A DNA stretch of 64,000 nt from Felis catus. Lineage: Eukaryota. The DNA lies in assembly GCF_018350175.1 (NCBI RefSeq), contig NC_058368.1, positions 137,208,001-137,272,000 of the forward strand, in the 5' to 3' direction. Under the pieces are notes generated by a model. It did no database searches and was not told the DNA's origin. It saw nothing but the letters and a program-made list of their open reading frames with translations. The translations under genes and the position numbers were made by a program. The first letter of the stretch is position 1, and every line of letters begins with the position of its first letter. Positions 1-13,745 of the stretch are shown one piece after another.

Positions 1-649
1 GTGACTATTGGAGACTTCCAATGTGAAAGCCTCTGCAAAGTGGGAAAGGTAGGTCCACTGGCTTGGGATATCAACCTTGAATTCTTTTATCTTACTCATA
101 CCGGCACTATGGCTCTTGTCATATCATTCCTAACCAATAAGATATCTTAAATACAACTAATATTGCTCATTGAAAATTATTTCTGATATTTCTTTGGATA
201 CCATACCAATTTCAAGATGTTGACTCAGATTAACTTACTCACACCTCCTCAAACTTAAATATTTCCAAGTAAAGTAGCATAAATCCAACAGAACATTGTG
301 GCTTCAAGAGAGTGGGTGCCAAGAGCAGCAGCATCTCCTACCTTTAACTTGACACCACAGGTTTGGACAGCGATCATCAATGGACTGAGGACCAGAGGCC
401 TTTCCCCAGGTTTCCTTGATTTCTCAAATCCCCCAATTTCATTATCCTCTGGATTTTGCAAGCCCCAGGGAAGGGAGACAGACTACTCAGAAATTACATT
501 TATATTCCTTGACCCAAAAGATTATGAGTCCAAGCTAAAATTAATTTGATTTTTTTTAAAGTGATGTGGCATTTCTCATGCTCAACTGTTAGGACCAAAC
601 TTCAATCTATTTGTCATTTCTCTCATATCTTTCCTACATTGGTTTAATA

Positions 650-760
650 TCTATCTCCCTCACTAGATTGTAAAGTTCTTAAGGGCTAGGACCAAATCGG
701 TCTTGTTCACCACTGTATTCCACACCACATTATATACACTCAGATATTTATGGAAAGAAG
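650..760 (+). mobile_element. L2 LINE 3' end fragment
   Basis: ctccctcactagattgtaaagttcttaagggctaggacc...cttgttcaccactgtattcc matches the L2 3' terminal motif. Confidence 0.6.
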
Positions 761-1740
761 GGAACAGAGGAGGACATAGGTGAAGGGAAAGGGGCAAAAG
801 AGAGCGGGTGGAAGGAATAGTGTTAGAATAGAAATGCTATAACTAAGCCCTCCCCGCATGTGTGCCTCGCTGTCCACTCTGAGGATTTCAACTCCAGGGC
901 TCAATGCAGTCTTTCTTCAATATGTCATAAGCCCAGTGACATCTCCAAGACTAGACAAGGCACCAGAATGGAGTGACTACACAATAGTCCTGTCTTCTCA
1001 AGCTAAAATAAATTTCTATGTTTAAAAATACTCAGAAGGACAAATAGTGTGCTGAACCATAAATCAAGAGCTGACAGGCACAGGTGCCAGGCTCATGAAG
1101 GAATCCACGCTCTGTATCAAATGTCCAGACTAGAAAGAGGTTGCAAGATCTCCTAGAGCAACTCTGTCCCTTACAGATGAGAAAAACTGAGGTGCAGGGA
1201 GGCTGACAAGACTCTATAGGCACAGCCAGGATGACAACTGATGATTTTTAATGTATAATCTCATTTCTTTGAACTACTCCATGCTCTGCTCACCATATGA
1301 AGTCCTTGGGATGGGTTTCTTCAGAAGAATGGGAGAAAAGAAAAGTTTAGGAGATAGAAGACTTCGACATCTAAGGTAGCACATACAATGGAATATAAAA
1401 GCTGACTGAGTGTGGCAGAGTGGAGGTCCTGAAATCCCTGCTTCATAACATCTAATGCTCAATAAAATATAGCTTAATTATAGATAGATGATGGAGAGAT
1501 AGATACTTTTAACTGAGTGTCCGAGGCCGCCAAAAGCTAAGAGCATAGTCTGCTGAGGTCTGGAACAAGAGTCTAGGAAGGTAAGTGAGCTTGGAAGCCA
1601 CTGGTCTGTAGTCTGTGGGGCGTTTATGGTGGGGGAGCCTCTGGGTGAGTGGTGAGAGGGGTAGATGGAAACTTGGCATACTTCCCACTCAATTTTGCTG
1701 TGAACCTAAAATTTCTCTAAAAGAATCAAGTCCACTAATT

Positions 1741-1945
1741 TTAAAAAAATGTTTATTTATTTACTTATTTTTGAGAGATAGAGAGAGAGCATGGAAAGGG
1801 CCAGAGGGAGAGGGAAAGAGAGAATCCCGAGCAGGCTCTGCACCATCGGCGTGGAGCCCGATGTGGGGCTTGAACTCACAAACCGTGAGATCATGACCTG
1901 AACCAAAGTCAGACACTTAACCAACTGAGCCACCCAGGCACCCCC
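1741..1945 (-). mobile_element. CAN-SINE (SINEC)
   Basis: T-rich tail, (GA)n tract, ...ctgagccacccaggcacccc head; flanking repeat cactaatttt. Confidence 0.92.
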
Positions 1946-2071
1946 CAACACTAATTTTTTTTTAAAGAGAAATTATGAAAAAAACTGAGTGGATGAATTA
2001 AACAGCAGATTAAACATAGATGAAGAGAGAATTAAGCAATCACATACAATGTAACATAAAGAGACCAAAAA

Positions 2072-2072
2072 T

Positions 2073-2104
<32 letters not shown>

Positions 2105-2112
2105 ACACACAC
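2072..2112. repeat. (CA)n microsatellite
   Basis: About 20 CA units with one interruption. Confidence 0.9.
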
Positions 2113-2382
2113 TTCACATGTAGAGATAAAATTCAGATTTACAGATAGGAAAGACCAACATATGTTTACTTGGAGTTCCACAGGAACAGAGGAGATTATA
2201 GAAAGAATAAAGGAGGGGCAACATTTGAAGAGAATATTCTGTGCATTCTCAAATCAAGAAGCACTGTGAATTCCAAAAAGGATAAATAAATGTGAAGACA
2301 CACCTAAACACATCATAGTAAAATACAGGGGGGGTGGCAGGGAGGAACCTAGGATAGAGAGGCTATTTTAAAAGCAAGGAGG

Positions 2383-2604
2383 GGGGTGCCTGGGTGGCTT
2401 GGTCGGTTAAGCGTCCAACTTCGGCTCAGGTTGTGATCTCACGGTCCGTGAGTTCGAGCCCCGCGTCGGGCTCTGTGCTGACTGCTCAGAGCCTGGAGCC
2501 TGTTTCGGATTCTGTGTCTCCCTCTCTCTGACCCTCCCCTGTTCATGCTCTGTCTCTCTGTCTCAAAAATAAATGAACGTTAAAAAATAAAAAAATAATA
2601 AAAT
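2383..2604 (+). mobile_element. Young feline CAN-SINE (SINEC_Fc)
   Basis: ggggtgcctgggtggc head, CpGs retained, A-tail; TSD taaaagcaaggagg at 2369-2382 and 2604-2617. Confidence 0.95.
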
Positions 2605-3299
2605 AAAAGCAAGGAGGAACAAAAAAAAAATTATCTCCAAAGGAGAGGCAAGTGGACTCAAAGCTGACTTTTCAACACCAGCGGTGAACTAAATTCTTGA
2701 GTGTGCTCAGAAAAAATAAGTAAAAGTGAACCTAGAAGTTCATACTCCAAAAAACTGCCATTGAAGAAAAAAAGGTGAAATAAAAATACTCTCAGAAGAA
2801 CAAAACCTCAAATTCCCCATAAATGATTTCTAAAGTATGTACTTTAAGAAGAAAAACTTTAAGAAGGCAGTCTGAGATACAAGAAGAAATGTTGGTAAAA
2901 ATAAACCCTATGATCATGATATAGGCAACCCTAAACAAACTTTGACAAATTAAAACAATTATCAATAATACTGTGTAATTTTTAGTCTAAAAAAGATGAA
3001 GTTAAAATATCAGAATCAAAAAATGCTTGAATTCAGAAAGCAAGGATTGTGGTTTTCAAAATCTTAAGGTTCTTGTATTTTTCTGGGAGAGGAAAAGCAT
3101 GTCCAGTAACACACAGATTATTTTATTAAAATTTCAAGGGTAAATATAAAATTACAGAGGCTCACCATAGCCAGAGTTGTTCCTTAAAAGCCTTAAGCAA
3201 GAAGTTATCAAAAAATAAAAATAAAAGCAATATTAGGAATGAAGCCAGATATAAATTCAGATAAGGAAAAATTTTAAAAGAAAGAATAGTAACACTGTT

Positions 3300-3560
3300 G
3301 GGTTGCCTGGGTGGCTCAGTCTGTTAAGCGTCCAGCTCTTGATTTCAGCTCAGGTCATGATTTCACAGTTGGTGAATTCAAACCCCCAGATGGGCTCTGC
3401 ACTGACAACATGAAGCCTGCTTGGGATTCTGTCTCTCCCTCTCTCTCTGCCCCTCCCCCGTCCACACACACTCTTGCATATGCGTGCGATTTCCCACTCT
3501 CTCCCAAAATAAATAAATAGATAGATACATAGATACATAGATACATAGATAAATAAAATT
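3300..3560 (+). mobile_element. CAN-SINE with (ATAGATAC)n-derived tail
   Basis: SINE head gggttgcctgggtggctcagtctgttaagcg; (CT)n tract; tail aaataaataaatagatagatacatagatacatag. Confidence 0.9.
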
Positions 3561-5004
3561 TGAAAACAGTCAAAATGAAAAACTGTCTAGAAAAATATAT
3601 TGCCAAAATAGAAAACCTTGATTAAAGAAGACAAAGCAATAATTAAAATCTTCCCCCAAAGAAAATATTAGACACATAGGATATTTTCAAATATTCTAGA
3701 ATCAAATCTTTCTAATTTTATGCATAATTTTTCATAGTGTGGTGGGGTGGGGGAATGGAAACAGTTATCAAGTTTTTCTAAAAAGGTAGTATAGCCTTAA
3801 TACAAAATTTAGATAAGCCTGGTTTAAGGAAGGAAAATTATAGGTCAATAGTATTTATAAATATATATGCACAAATCCTCAACAAAATATTAACAAACCA
3901 AATTGGTTTTTCCTAGGAATGCAAAAATATTTTAACACTTGAAAATTTACCATGTTAACAAATTAAAGTAGAAAAACTGTACAAGAATCACAACAGATAT
4001 AGAAAAGTATTTGACAAAAAATATTCCTTTTATTCTCACAAAAAAACTTTTTAAGCAAATTTGGAATAGAAAATAAATTCTCTAATAAATGATAACTCTA
4101 AAAAGTCTACAGCAAACATTGTACTCCACAGTGAACAGTTCCCTTCTAGAGGCATCTTCCTAATGATCAGGAATAAGACAATAAAACATTCCTGAATATT
4201 CCTGATTCCTTTGTTATCAAGAATAAGAAAAATATCTGCTGTTTCACTACTTCTCTTCTATATTGTCCTGATTTATGTAGCAAGACGAGATAAAGAAATA
4301 TAAAGTATAAGAATTGGATAGGAAAAAACAAAACTGCATTATTTGCCAATATTATGGTATCCTACATGGGAAAAACTATACCAAATTTTAGAATCAAGAG
4401 AGTTTTGCAAGGAAGTTGTATAAAAGATCAACATACAAAAATAATTGCACTTTTATATATTAATAATAAGCATTTACAAAATGGAAATTGTGTAAAGTTG
4501 TCCTTGTTCATTTTACTATTCTACTTTTGTATTCATTTTAAACTTTTGAAAATAAGGGAGAAATAGTGAGAAAATAATCAAAACACAGATGTAATATTGA
4601 TGGTGGCCACAAAAACAAGAAGATTCCTAGGAATAAATCTAACAAAAGGAGAACGTAACCTTAATAAAGGAAATTACAAAACTTTACTTTGAAAGTCATT
4701 ACAGAATACCAAAATAAAACAGAAAGTCATGTTCATGGATATGGAGACTCAGTATCATAAAGATGTCAGTTATCCTTCAATTGGTCGAATTGGTTACCAA
4801 CCAGAATAATAACCCAAACCCTGGATACAGGAAAGTAATGAAGACCAGCTCATTGCACAGAAGACAAGGATCACATCTATGACCTCCCTATCCTCTAGGC
4901 AAAATTCATCACATCTCTCTGTGTGCAGTCATTGTGCATGCTTCTATTATGGCAGTGGTAACCATTCTTTCTTGCCTAAAGGCCCAGCCACAACTTTTAG
5001 TGAA

Positions 5005-5215
5005 GGATCTCTCAACCCTGGTGCCATTGACATTTTGAGCCAGATAATTATTTGTTGTCAGCGCTGTCCTGTGCATGGTAGGATGTTTAGCAGCATCCCT
5101 GGCCTCTACTCACTAGATTTCTAGTAGCATCCACACACACATGCCAGTTGCGGCCATCATAAATGTCTCCAGACTTTGCCAAATATCCCCTGCAGGGCAA
5201 AATCACCCTCTACAG
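5005..5215. mobile_element. MER20 (hAT-Charlie DNA transposon)
   Basis: ctctcaaccctggtgccattgacattttgagccagataatt...tttagcagcatccctggcctctactcactaga...aatgtctccagactttgccaaatatcccc. Confidence 0.8.
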
Positions 5216-5299
5216 GTTTAGCATACAATGTGACAATGGACTACATTTCCTATGGATTTTTCTTCTTTTTTCACCTGCATTTCCACTGTACTTTTATCA

Positions 5300-6660
5300 G
5301 TGAGTCACCAAATGAGACATCTCAGATGCAGAGAATTAGGAATTAGCAATGTGGAAAGCCAGAACACAAAAGAGGACTATCTTTTAAAACTATAAGGAGA
5401 AATGATCTCCAACTGTGGCTAGATTGCTACTTACTGTTCATAATATTCTTGTTTTTCTTCTTCCTGAACATGCAAGTATACTACATTTCTTAGTCTTTCA
5501 TTTAGACAGTCCATGTGACTAAGTTTTGACCACTGATATGTGGGTGAGAGTGAAAGCTACTTCCAGGCCAGACTTATAAAACCTTTCAGAAGATCCTCCA
5601 CGTTCTTTTCCCTTTTCACCTGGAGGAATGCAGAAGACCTAGGCAAGGACACCAAGCCCCTGTTGGAGCCTCCAGATGGAAGAAACCTGGGTCTCTAAAA
5701 CCTATAGAAAACTATCTCCTAAATAACTGCATTTCACAATGAATAGAGCAAAATTTTTTGTGTGTTAATCTACTGACACCTGAGGGTTGTTTGGTACAAC
5801 AGCCTATTCTAACACAGCACCTTGGAATTCTGTACCCATACAAACCATCAATTAAATCAGCAAATATGAAGGCACGGAAAGCAAGTAAATTTCAAAAATT
5901 TTATCTTCTCTGAATCCTTTCCCAGAAAAGCAAGTAGAGGATATATTCCATCAAAACAAAAAAGTTGTAGACTCCAGACAGCTAGCGGTCTGATATAGGA
6001 GTCAAATGAAGAAAATTCACTGGTTGGTGGTGAAAAGCCTGGGTAAGACAGTTGGGTGGCAGGCTAAGAGAGCAACCAAAAAAGAGAGCAGGAGGACAGG
6101 GGCTTCTGAGAGGACCATCAAAAAATGGAATTAGTAAGTGATCTGGAGTCTTTGTCTTATACTGGTATGTTTTGTACAGTTCTACCACAGAGTCTGGAGC
6201 TCTATTAGTGATAAAACACAAAAGCTGAGACAATCAACTCCAAGGAAAACAAAAAGCTGAACAAGAAAGGAAATATAATCGTGATACACTTTGACATTTA
6301 GCTATTACAGTGTTTACGTAGTCATAGCGATGTATATACTGAACACTGACTTAACACCCCAGTTATTCCACCTCTATATTGGGAGAGTGGGAGGAGGAGG
6401 ACTTTTCAGAGGCGCATGAGAGTGTAGTGGAGGGAATTTCATAAGAAAAGTAAGTTCTTGTCTGCCATAGTAGCAAGTCCATGGGTAATGTCTACGATAG
6501 AAAAATCAAGAAATAGCAGTATAAGCATATTATTTAGAAATATTGAGGCAAATTGCTCCCTCCTGCCAAAAAAAAATAACAACTAAAAGGAACAGAAATG
6601 GTTGCTTATTGGGAGAGGACTCAAGGGCAGAAAGGTTGGGAAAGGGCTGGTATTCATTGT
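5300..6660 (+). mobile_element. HAL1 (half-L1) relic split by an MLT1 LTR
   Basis: ccttggaattctgtacccatacaaaccatcaattaa, gtagaggatatattccatcaaaac and aactccaaggaaaacaaaaagctgaacaagaaaggaaatataatc resemble HAL1. Confidence 0.5.
5414..5815 (+). mobile_element. MLT1 (MaLR, MLT1I/J-like) solo LTR
   Basis: tgtggctagattgc...actacatttc...ccatgtgactaagttttgaccactgatatgtgggt...ttgtttggtacaacagc...aacaca. Confidence 0.6.
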
Positions 6661-6682
6661 TATTAGCCACTTAGTATTATTT

Positions 6683-6909
6683 CATTTTTATTTTATTTTA
6701 TTTTACTTTATTTTAATGTTTATTTTTGAGAGACAGAGACAGAGCACAAGCAGGGGAGGGGGAGAGGGATGGGGACACAGAATCCGAAGCAGGTTCCTGG
6801 CTCTGAGCTGTCAGCACAGAGCCCGATGTGGGGCTTGAACCCATGAACTGTGGGATCATGACCTGAGCCAAAGTTGGACGCTTAACTAACTGAGCCACCA
6901 AAGTGTTCC
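6683..6909 (-). mobile_element. CAN-SINE
   Basis: (ATTTT)n tail and SINE body; TSD agtattattt at 6673-6682 and 6910-6919. Confidence 0.92.
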
Positions 6910-6969
6910 AGTATTATTTGACTCATAAATGACATATGTCAAAATTACTTTGTTTAAAAATTAGATTTA

Positions 6970-7088
6970 GGGACAGCTGAGTGGCTTAGTTGGTTAAGTA
7001 CCCAACTCTTGATTTCAGTTCAGGTCATGATCTCAGTTATGAGATCAAACCCTGCGTCAGGCTCTGCTGGGCATCAGGCCTGCCTAAG

Positions 7089-7134
<46 letters not shown>

Positions 7135-7186
7135 CCTCTCCCCACCTCTCTCTCAAAAAAAAAAAAAAAAAGGAAATAAAAATGAT
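6970..7186 (+). mobile_element. CAN-SINE with long (CT)n and poly(A)
   Basis: gggacagctgagtggcttagttggttaag head; TSD aattagattta on both sides. Confidence 0.9.
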
Positions 7187-7689
7187 AATTAGATTTAATA
7201 TTTAGGAGATGAAAGAAGAAAGAAAGAAAAAGAATGAAAGAGAAAAAGGGAGGGAGGGAGGAAAGAGAGAAAGAAACTGGGATAATTTGTAATAGGAAAT
7301 AGTCAATAATGATACAAATAATTATTTACTTTCAAAGAAAAATAAAATAAAATACAATTTGTTTTCATTAAAACTAGAAAAGGTTAAAAAAGAAATAAAG
7401 TTATTCCAAGTTGGGGATGGGAAAACACCCTCCCTGCCATATGAGCTTGCCTAGCCTCTCAGGCGGCCAATCTGGCTTCATACACCCTCCCACTCTGCCA
7501 AGCCCATTCCAAACGTGCAATGTAGCTATTGCTTATAATCCATGACTCTCTTTCCAGCTAGGCTTAAACTAGAGCTTCAGAATCTTTTTCAGTACTACCC
7601 TCAAGACAGTCATAACCAAGGGATCAGAATTAACACATACGATCAAATGAAACTATTTGCCATCCTGGGATAAAAATACAAAAATAATA

Positions 7690-8220
7690 CTGTCTTAGCC
7701 AAAATTCTCTAATAGAACTCAAAGCTAAAGCTTTTGAGCTAATGCTTTGTTGGAGGTACAGTCTTAGTAAAGCATTAATGAAGGAAAAAGGGAAGTCAGT
7801 CAGGGAAGGAGGGACAGCAAATACACTGTGGTGTGTTATCAAGCAATATAGCTGTTTGCTCTAAACAAAACCTCTGGCCAGAGAAGTGACATGTAACACT
7901 GCTCCTCAGAACAGTCCGTTGAGTGGAGGAAGGATGGGCAACTTTTCTGCTCATCCCTTCTTATCTTCCTTTCACTGGTCAGAGTCTACTCCACAGGGCA
8001 TTAGCCCTCACCTCCTTTCTCAATTGTATTACTTGACCTCTCCAGACAGCCCTGGGAGTGCAATGGCCTCTGGAGGGTCCAGTCCAGCCAGACGCCAGGA
8101 ACAGCATCCTTCCTTCTAGGTGGCAGGGGCAGTGGTGGCTCTGACACTTGCCAGGGCAGCTCCATCAGGGGAGCAAGGCAACCAGGGTCAAAAAGACTCA
8201 GGTGGTACATAAACCAAGTT
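7690..8220. mobile_element. Possible ancient ERVL LTR (LTR16/LTR33-like)
   Basis: tgtcttagccaaaattctc...gggaagtcagtcagggaaggagggacagcaaatacactgtggtgtgttatcaagc resembles this class; weak. Confidence 0.3.
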
Positions 8221-8831
8221 TGATACAAGTATGATCCCATTTTTGCAAAAATATTTAAAATCTATATAATAGAGGTATTTACACATGTATATTTGCATAG
8301 GAAAGACTGGAGGAATATGCACAAAAACATTTATGGAGGTTACATTTAAGTGATTTTTGCTTATCTATATTTTTTAGATTTGCTAAAATAAACTTTTATT
8401 TCCTGTACAAAATAAAGAAGGGGAGATAAATCCTGGTATTAAAAATCATATTTTAAAGTATAATATCATCTAATAAATCACGAAAAATTTAAAATATGAT
8501 ACTCATTAACAAAATTTGAAAGTAAAAATGACCTTTAAGGAATTTTTGTAATAAACAACAGAAGGTTTATATGGCCAAATATGTATTGAATAATGAATAC
8601 CAGAAAAATAGGCACATGGAATAAATAGGAAATCCATAAAAGAAAATATGTATATGTATGAAATAATTATTACAATTAGAATCACAAAAGACAAATTTTT
8701 AACCCATCAAATTGACAAATATTTAAATGTTAATACCCAGTGTTGGCAAGGGTACAGGGGAAAACTCTTCATGCATTGATGGTAGGTACATAAACTTTGT
8801 ATCCTCTGGAGAACAATTTCAGAATGCATAG

Positions 8832-9125
8832 TGTTATAAATTAAATTGTGTTTCCACCTCTCCCCCCGCCACAAAAAAATCCATATGTGAAGTCCTCACC
8901 CCCAACTTGACTATATTTAGAGATAGAGCCTTTAAGCAGATAATTAAGATTAAATGAGGACATAAGGGTGGGACCCTAATCCAATGGGATTAGTGTCCTT
9001 ATAAGAAGAAAAAAGAACTGAACTCACTCTCTGTGTGTGAGGAGAGGAAGATCCATGTGAGGACATAACAAGATGGTGGCCATTTGCAAGCTAGGAAGAG
9101 ACACCTCACCAGAAACCTTGATCTT
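8832..9125 (+). mobile_element. MLT1A/B solo LTR, partial
   Basis: tgttataaattaaattgtgtttcc...ttaaatgaggacataagggtgggaccctaatccaatgggattagtgtccttataagaaga. Confidence 0.75.
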
Positions 9126-9649
9126 TATCAGTTAAGCTGAGAAGGTCCAGAAATGTGAAATGAGTTTCTCAATGTCACATAGCTAATTGCTGTTATATGC
9201 TGTTATAAGACTGAGAGTTACTTATGCATAAAGAAATAAGATCATCATAAAGAATGGAGAGTCAAGACATGTGTGGCAAGTAAAAGAGACTGAGAAGACA
9301 ATGACAAGAATAGCTAATGCTAGAGAAGAAGTTGTAGGAAAATAAATTCCCATCATTAAAGCCTGTGTTAGCAGATACGACTTTGGACAAGTTCCTAATT
9401 GCTTAGTTTCTCAGCTTCTCCATCCATACAAAGGGCATGATACTATCTACCTCACAGGACTACAATGAAGATTAAGTCAGATAATGAGGTTATTGTAATT
9501 GAGGGCTACTCTAAGTCGTAGGCGCAGAGTGGGTACTTAGGATTCAGAGTCAAAGGATTTCAGACCAGGTCCAGCCTGCTCAGTTGTGTGTCCTGTGTGG
9601 TCAGTTGTGCAAGTCATTTTACCTCTTCCATCTTCAGTTCTTCATCTTT

Positions 9650-9881
9650 TTTTAATTTTGTTAACATTTATTTATTTTTGACAGAGAGAGAGAGAGAGAG
9701 AGAGCGCGCGCATGCACAAGTGGGGGAGGGGCAGAGAGAGAGGGTGACACAGAATCCAAAGCAGGCTCCAGGTTCTGAGCTGTCAGCCCAGAGCCTGATG
9801 CGGGGCATGAACTCACAAACCATGAGATCATGACCTGAGTTGAAGTCGGACGCTCAACCAACTGAGCCACCCAGGTGCCCC
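9650..9881 (-). mobile_element. CAN-SINE inserted in a MIR
   Basis: TSD cagttcttcatcttt at 9635-9649 and 9882-9896; MIR-like flanks. Confidence 0.95.
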
Positions 9882-12529
9882 CAGTTCTTCATCTTTAATG
9901 AGAGTTCTGACTAGCTCGAAGGGTCCTTGTGACCAAACCTCATAGGCAGGAAATCTGCATCACATCAATAATGGGCGGTGTTGTGACTTTAAGTAGTATG
10001 AAGAGAACATAATAAACTGCATAGTGATGCCCTGATCCTCTGGAGATAAGCAGTCATTGCCAGCCTTCCTTGTTAGAGGAGATTTTCACATTAAACAATG
10101 CCATTGCCCACGTGATAATTTCACAACAACTGATTACAAACATACATCATGACAAAAGCTTCTAAGCATTCAGTATTGCTCTTTAATTAATTCTTATTTT
10201 AATTAAACCAATAGCAACCTCATTTACTTGAAAAATAGTAGCACTTACATGGGAGACACTTCCTTTACCTCACTTGCGGGCCATGCTTGGTGTCCCTTAT
10301 CCTCTCGCAGACCCCTCTAGACTACTCAAAGACCCTCGACTTAAGAACCACTCAGAGAGCAATTTGGGAACGACTAAAAAGAGGATGTCTTCTCAAGGCT
10401 TTACCAGGAAGAAAGATCTTTTCTTTCAGTGTCTGTCTCCAGTTTGAAACTGAGCCAAAAAGTGCAGTTTACTTGTAGCCTCTGGGAAGACTTCTCCTGG
10501 TTGGAGTGTCAGACAGCGTTTAGACACCTGTGTAGCCCCTGGGCATCCGTGGGGACTGCCTTTGACGTGAGTAATTCACCCTAGATCCAAGAGGCATCGC
10601 CCTCATAGAGCCAAAAGCATGAAAAGGTGACAGATTCAATGGTTTCCTCCTTGGATAATCTTCACGGTCAAAGAGACATTACCCTTGATTCCGTGAAAGG
10701 CTCATCCCTTGAGCTGAAATCCTATTGTTCACTGTGGTTTTGCTACTGAAAACACTGGAGCCTGTGCTTGAAATGTGTAGTTTCCAGTCACTGTCTCTTA
10801 GTCTCTATTTCCTCAGCAAAAAAATGAGTGAAAATAATGCCAAATTCAATGAGTTGTTAATAAGATAATTATTAACAACTTGGAATTTGATAAATTCCAA
10901 AGCACTATGGAAATGTTAATTATTGTTACCAGTAGTATCGTGTAATTTTTCAAGTTAAAAAATACTTGTTTGTCTCTCTGTGGAAATCTGGCAACCCAGA
11001 TAGAAAGTTTTTTAACAGCGTACAAAAATGACCAATTTAATCCCTAGGAAAATCTATCCCCGATCATCAGCCTGTCAAAGGTGCCTTCTGTGCCTAAGAA
11101 TGATCTATAGAAGCCCGAAGGTTGATTATAAAATCTCAAGTGTCTGCTTGCCTCGAGCCATTTTAGATGAGCTATTCAAAACGCATCCAAGTAATCAGTT
11201 TGCTCTGATAGACAGGAATAACAAGGAGAAGGGCTTGATTTCCCCTGCTGAAGACGAGACACGTCCATTGTTGTCTACCTTTCCATAGATCACATATTCA
11301 GCTCTTTGTTCTTACTTAACAATATGGCTTGAGGCTTAAAATCTGTGTTCAAATTTATATGCTAGGGAGGACCACGTTAGTTACTTTACAAAGAATTCCA
11401 AAAACTCACAGGCAGAAATGAAACCAACCAACTCCGTTGGTATGCAGTGTTTTCTACAAATTAAGGGCATATTTGGAGTTTTGGAAGCGAATTATTATTT
11501 TATATGTGTATGTGATAGTAAGGTCATGAAAGTAGAATCTTACTAAATGCATCATCAAATATTTACTCTGGTCTTGTCTGTTCTGTCTTAATGAGAGAAT
11601 ACTTCCCATACAAGTTATTAATATCCAATTAAAATCCCAAAATCTTGTTAACTGGATCTTGGGTGCACTGCTCATGTCCTAGTAGTCACGAGTCATCACA
11701 GTGCACTGACAGAGCACAGAATTCAGACCCGGACTGACTGCATGTTATGTCAACTTGAGGAAGTCTATGTCATTTCTTGAGTCTCCATTTTTTCATCTAT
11801 AAAATATGAGTAAAAATGCTTCCTAAGAGAATGAAATGAGAAAATGGAGGTGAAAATATTGGCATCATTATATAAATGTTAGTGATTGTTGTTGCTATTA
11901 TTGGCAAGCCATAAGGACAAGAACTGTTGGCCCAATTATTCTTGGTGGCCCAAATGCAGTGATTGATACTGAGATTATTGCCACTGCCCTTACCACCTCA
12001 GACGAGTATGAAGAACCTTAGGGAAAAGATGGGTGTATTCTGAAATATTTACAGAGGAAACTATGTAATTCCTGGGATTTGCTTCACAAATGAAAAAGCA
12101 AGTTGTAAAACAATACAAGCTATATGCTTCCTCAGAGATAGACATAAACATAAAAACAGACATGAATATAGATACATAGACCACAGAGAAATTGATGCAG
12201 AGATGATTGTAGGTATAATGTCTCACAATACACAGGGATTATATGTAGGTATAATAAGAGGAGAGTTCTCTCCTTTGTGACATGCCTATATTTTCCAACT
12301 CCTTTGTAATGAATGAACATTTTTATTTCTACAATTTTTAAATAGGTATTTTTTTCATTGTTTAGTTTCTTTTTCAAAAAGATATTAGAAAAAAAAGTTT
12401 AAGTTACAATATTCATGATAAGAATGCAAAGCACTAACTCCACTCTGTCGTAAAACTAACAAGACCTCCTGGTAATTTTAGCTTTGAACAGGCTAGTCCC
12501 TCCACTTGGACCATTCTCCCAGCTTCACA

Positions 12530-12815
12530 ATCAATCCTGTTTTGCCTTCACGTGAATATCTAAATGCATCTCCTCAGAAATCTCCTAGCTGGTCTCTCAA
12601 GTGAACCTCATTGACTTTACTCATAGTGCCTGATATAACTTTATAATTATATATTCTTTTGTTTGTTTCCTTGTTTATTGGTAGTCTCACCTGTGAGACT
12701 CAAAGTGCCAAGACACAGAGACTATGGTTGTTTTCTTCATCACTGTGTACCCAGTGCCTAGCGTAGAGCCTGGTGCATAAATATGTATTGAATGAATGAA
12801 TGAATGAATGAATGA
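12530..12815 (+). mobile_element. L2 3' end with (GAAT)n tail
   Basis: cactgtgtacccagtgcctagcgtagagcctggtgcataaatatgtattgaatgaatgaatgaatg. Confidence 0.8.
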
Positions 12816-13519
12816 GCGAGCCAACCAGGATCCATGCAGGAAGGCAGATGTCTTCACCCAGATAGACCCAGTTGCATCAGACTCTTAAGGTGACCGCAGG
12901 GGTTAAGTCAACAGGCATCAAAGGGCTGGCATATCAATAAATATTTGCCTGCTGTACTAGAAATGAAAATTGAAGTGGTCATGAATGACTTCTATTTAAA
13001 CTCAAAGAACTCCTCAGGGCAAGGCTTACTTGAAAATTCTGGAGCTAAAACAGACCTTTAAAACCAAACTCTCTCCTGCAGACAGAGAAACTGAAACCAG
13101 AGAAATCTCATAGCCAGGATCTCTGGTCCTGGTCCCAGGTCCCACCTGCCAGGCCAGCAACCTGTCCCAGCTGCCCCTTGCTGACCCCAGTGTGATGGCA
13201 ATATAACCCAGGCACTCACAGACTGAGAGCCTCAGAGGTTCTTCTTGGCATGTGCTAGCACAAGGAGTCTGAAAGTAAATGAATAGACTTCCTTTTCCAA
13301 TGCCCTTTTTTATACGTTGTTTATTACCCAAAATACAGATTCATATCTAGTTTGACACCACCATTCTTTTTATTGTAGAGCTGCCTCAGATCCCAAACCA
13401 ATACAAAGCTCACTTTCTCCCCAGACTTTTCTACCACACGAACTCGCTAGTGTCTCTCAGAGCCACGTCTGGGTTTAATCATTATTTGGCTTCTCTTGGC
13501 ACTTAGTAATATATTTAAA

Positions 13520-13745
13520 TACATGTAGTAAGTGCTTACTGTATGCCAGGCACTACTTTAGACCCTTCACGTGTTGTGATCATTCAACACCCACAACCGC
13601 CCTATAAGATAGGTGATATTATGTCTATTTGAAATGCGTAAACCGAGACAGAGAGAGCTTTAAATAGCTTGCCTAATCAGCAAGCAGTGAGCTGGAATTG
13701 GACCCAGGCAATCTGGCTCCAGAAAACACATTCAGAACTACACAT
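13520..13745 (-). mobile_element. MIR
   Basis: gtgcttactgtatgccaggcact...aaaccgagacagagagagc...gacccaggcaatctggctccaga. Confidence 0.7.

Larger units (their letters stand above)
1960..4790 (+). mobile_element. Old, fragmented L1M (ORF1 and ORF2 relics), interrupted by SINEs and a (CA)n tract
   Basis: ORF1-like aagaccaacatatgtttacttggagttccaca. ORF2/RT-like aaggaaaattataggtcaata...caaatcctcaacaaaatattaacaaacc and tcatgttcatggatatggagactcagtatcataaagatgtc. Confidence 0.65.
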
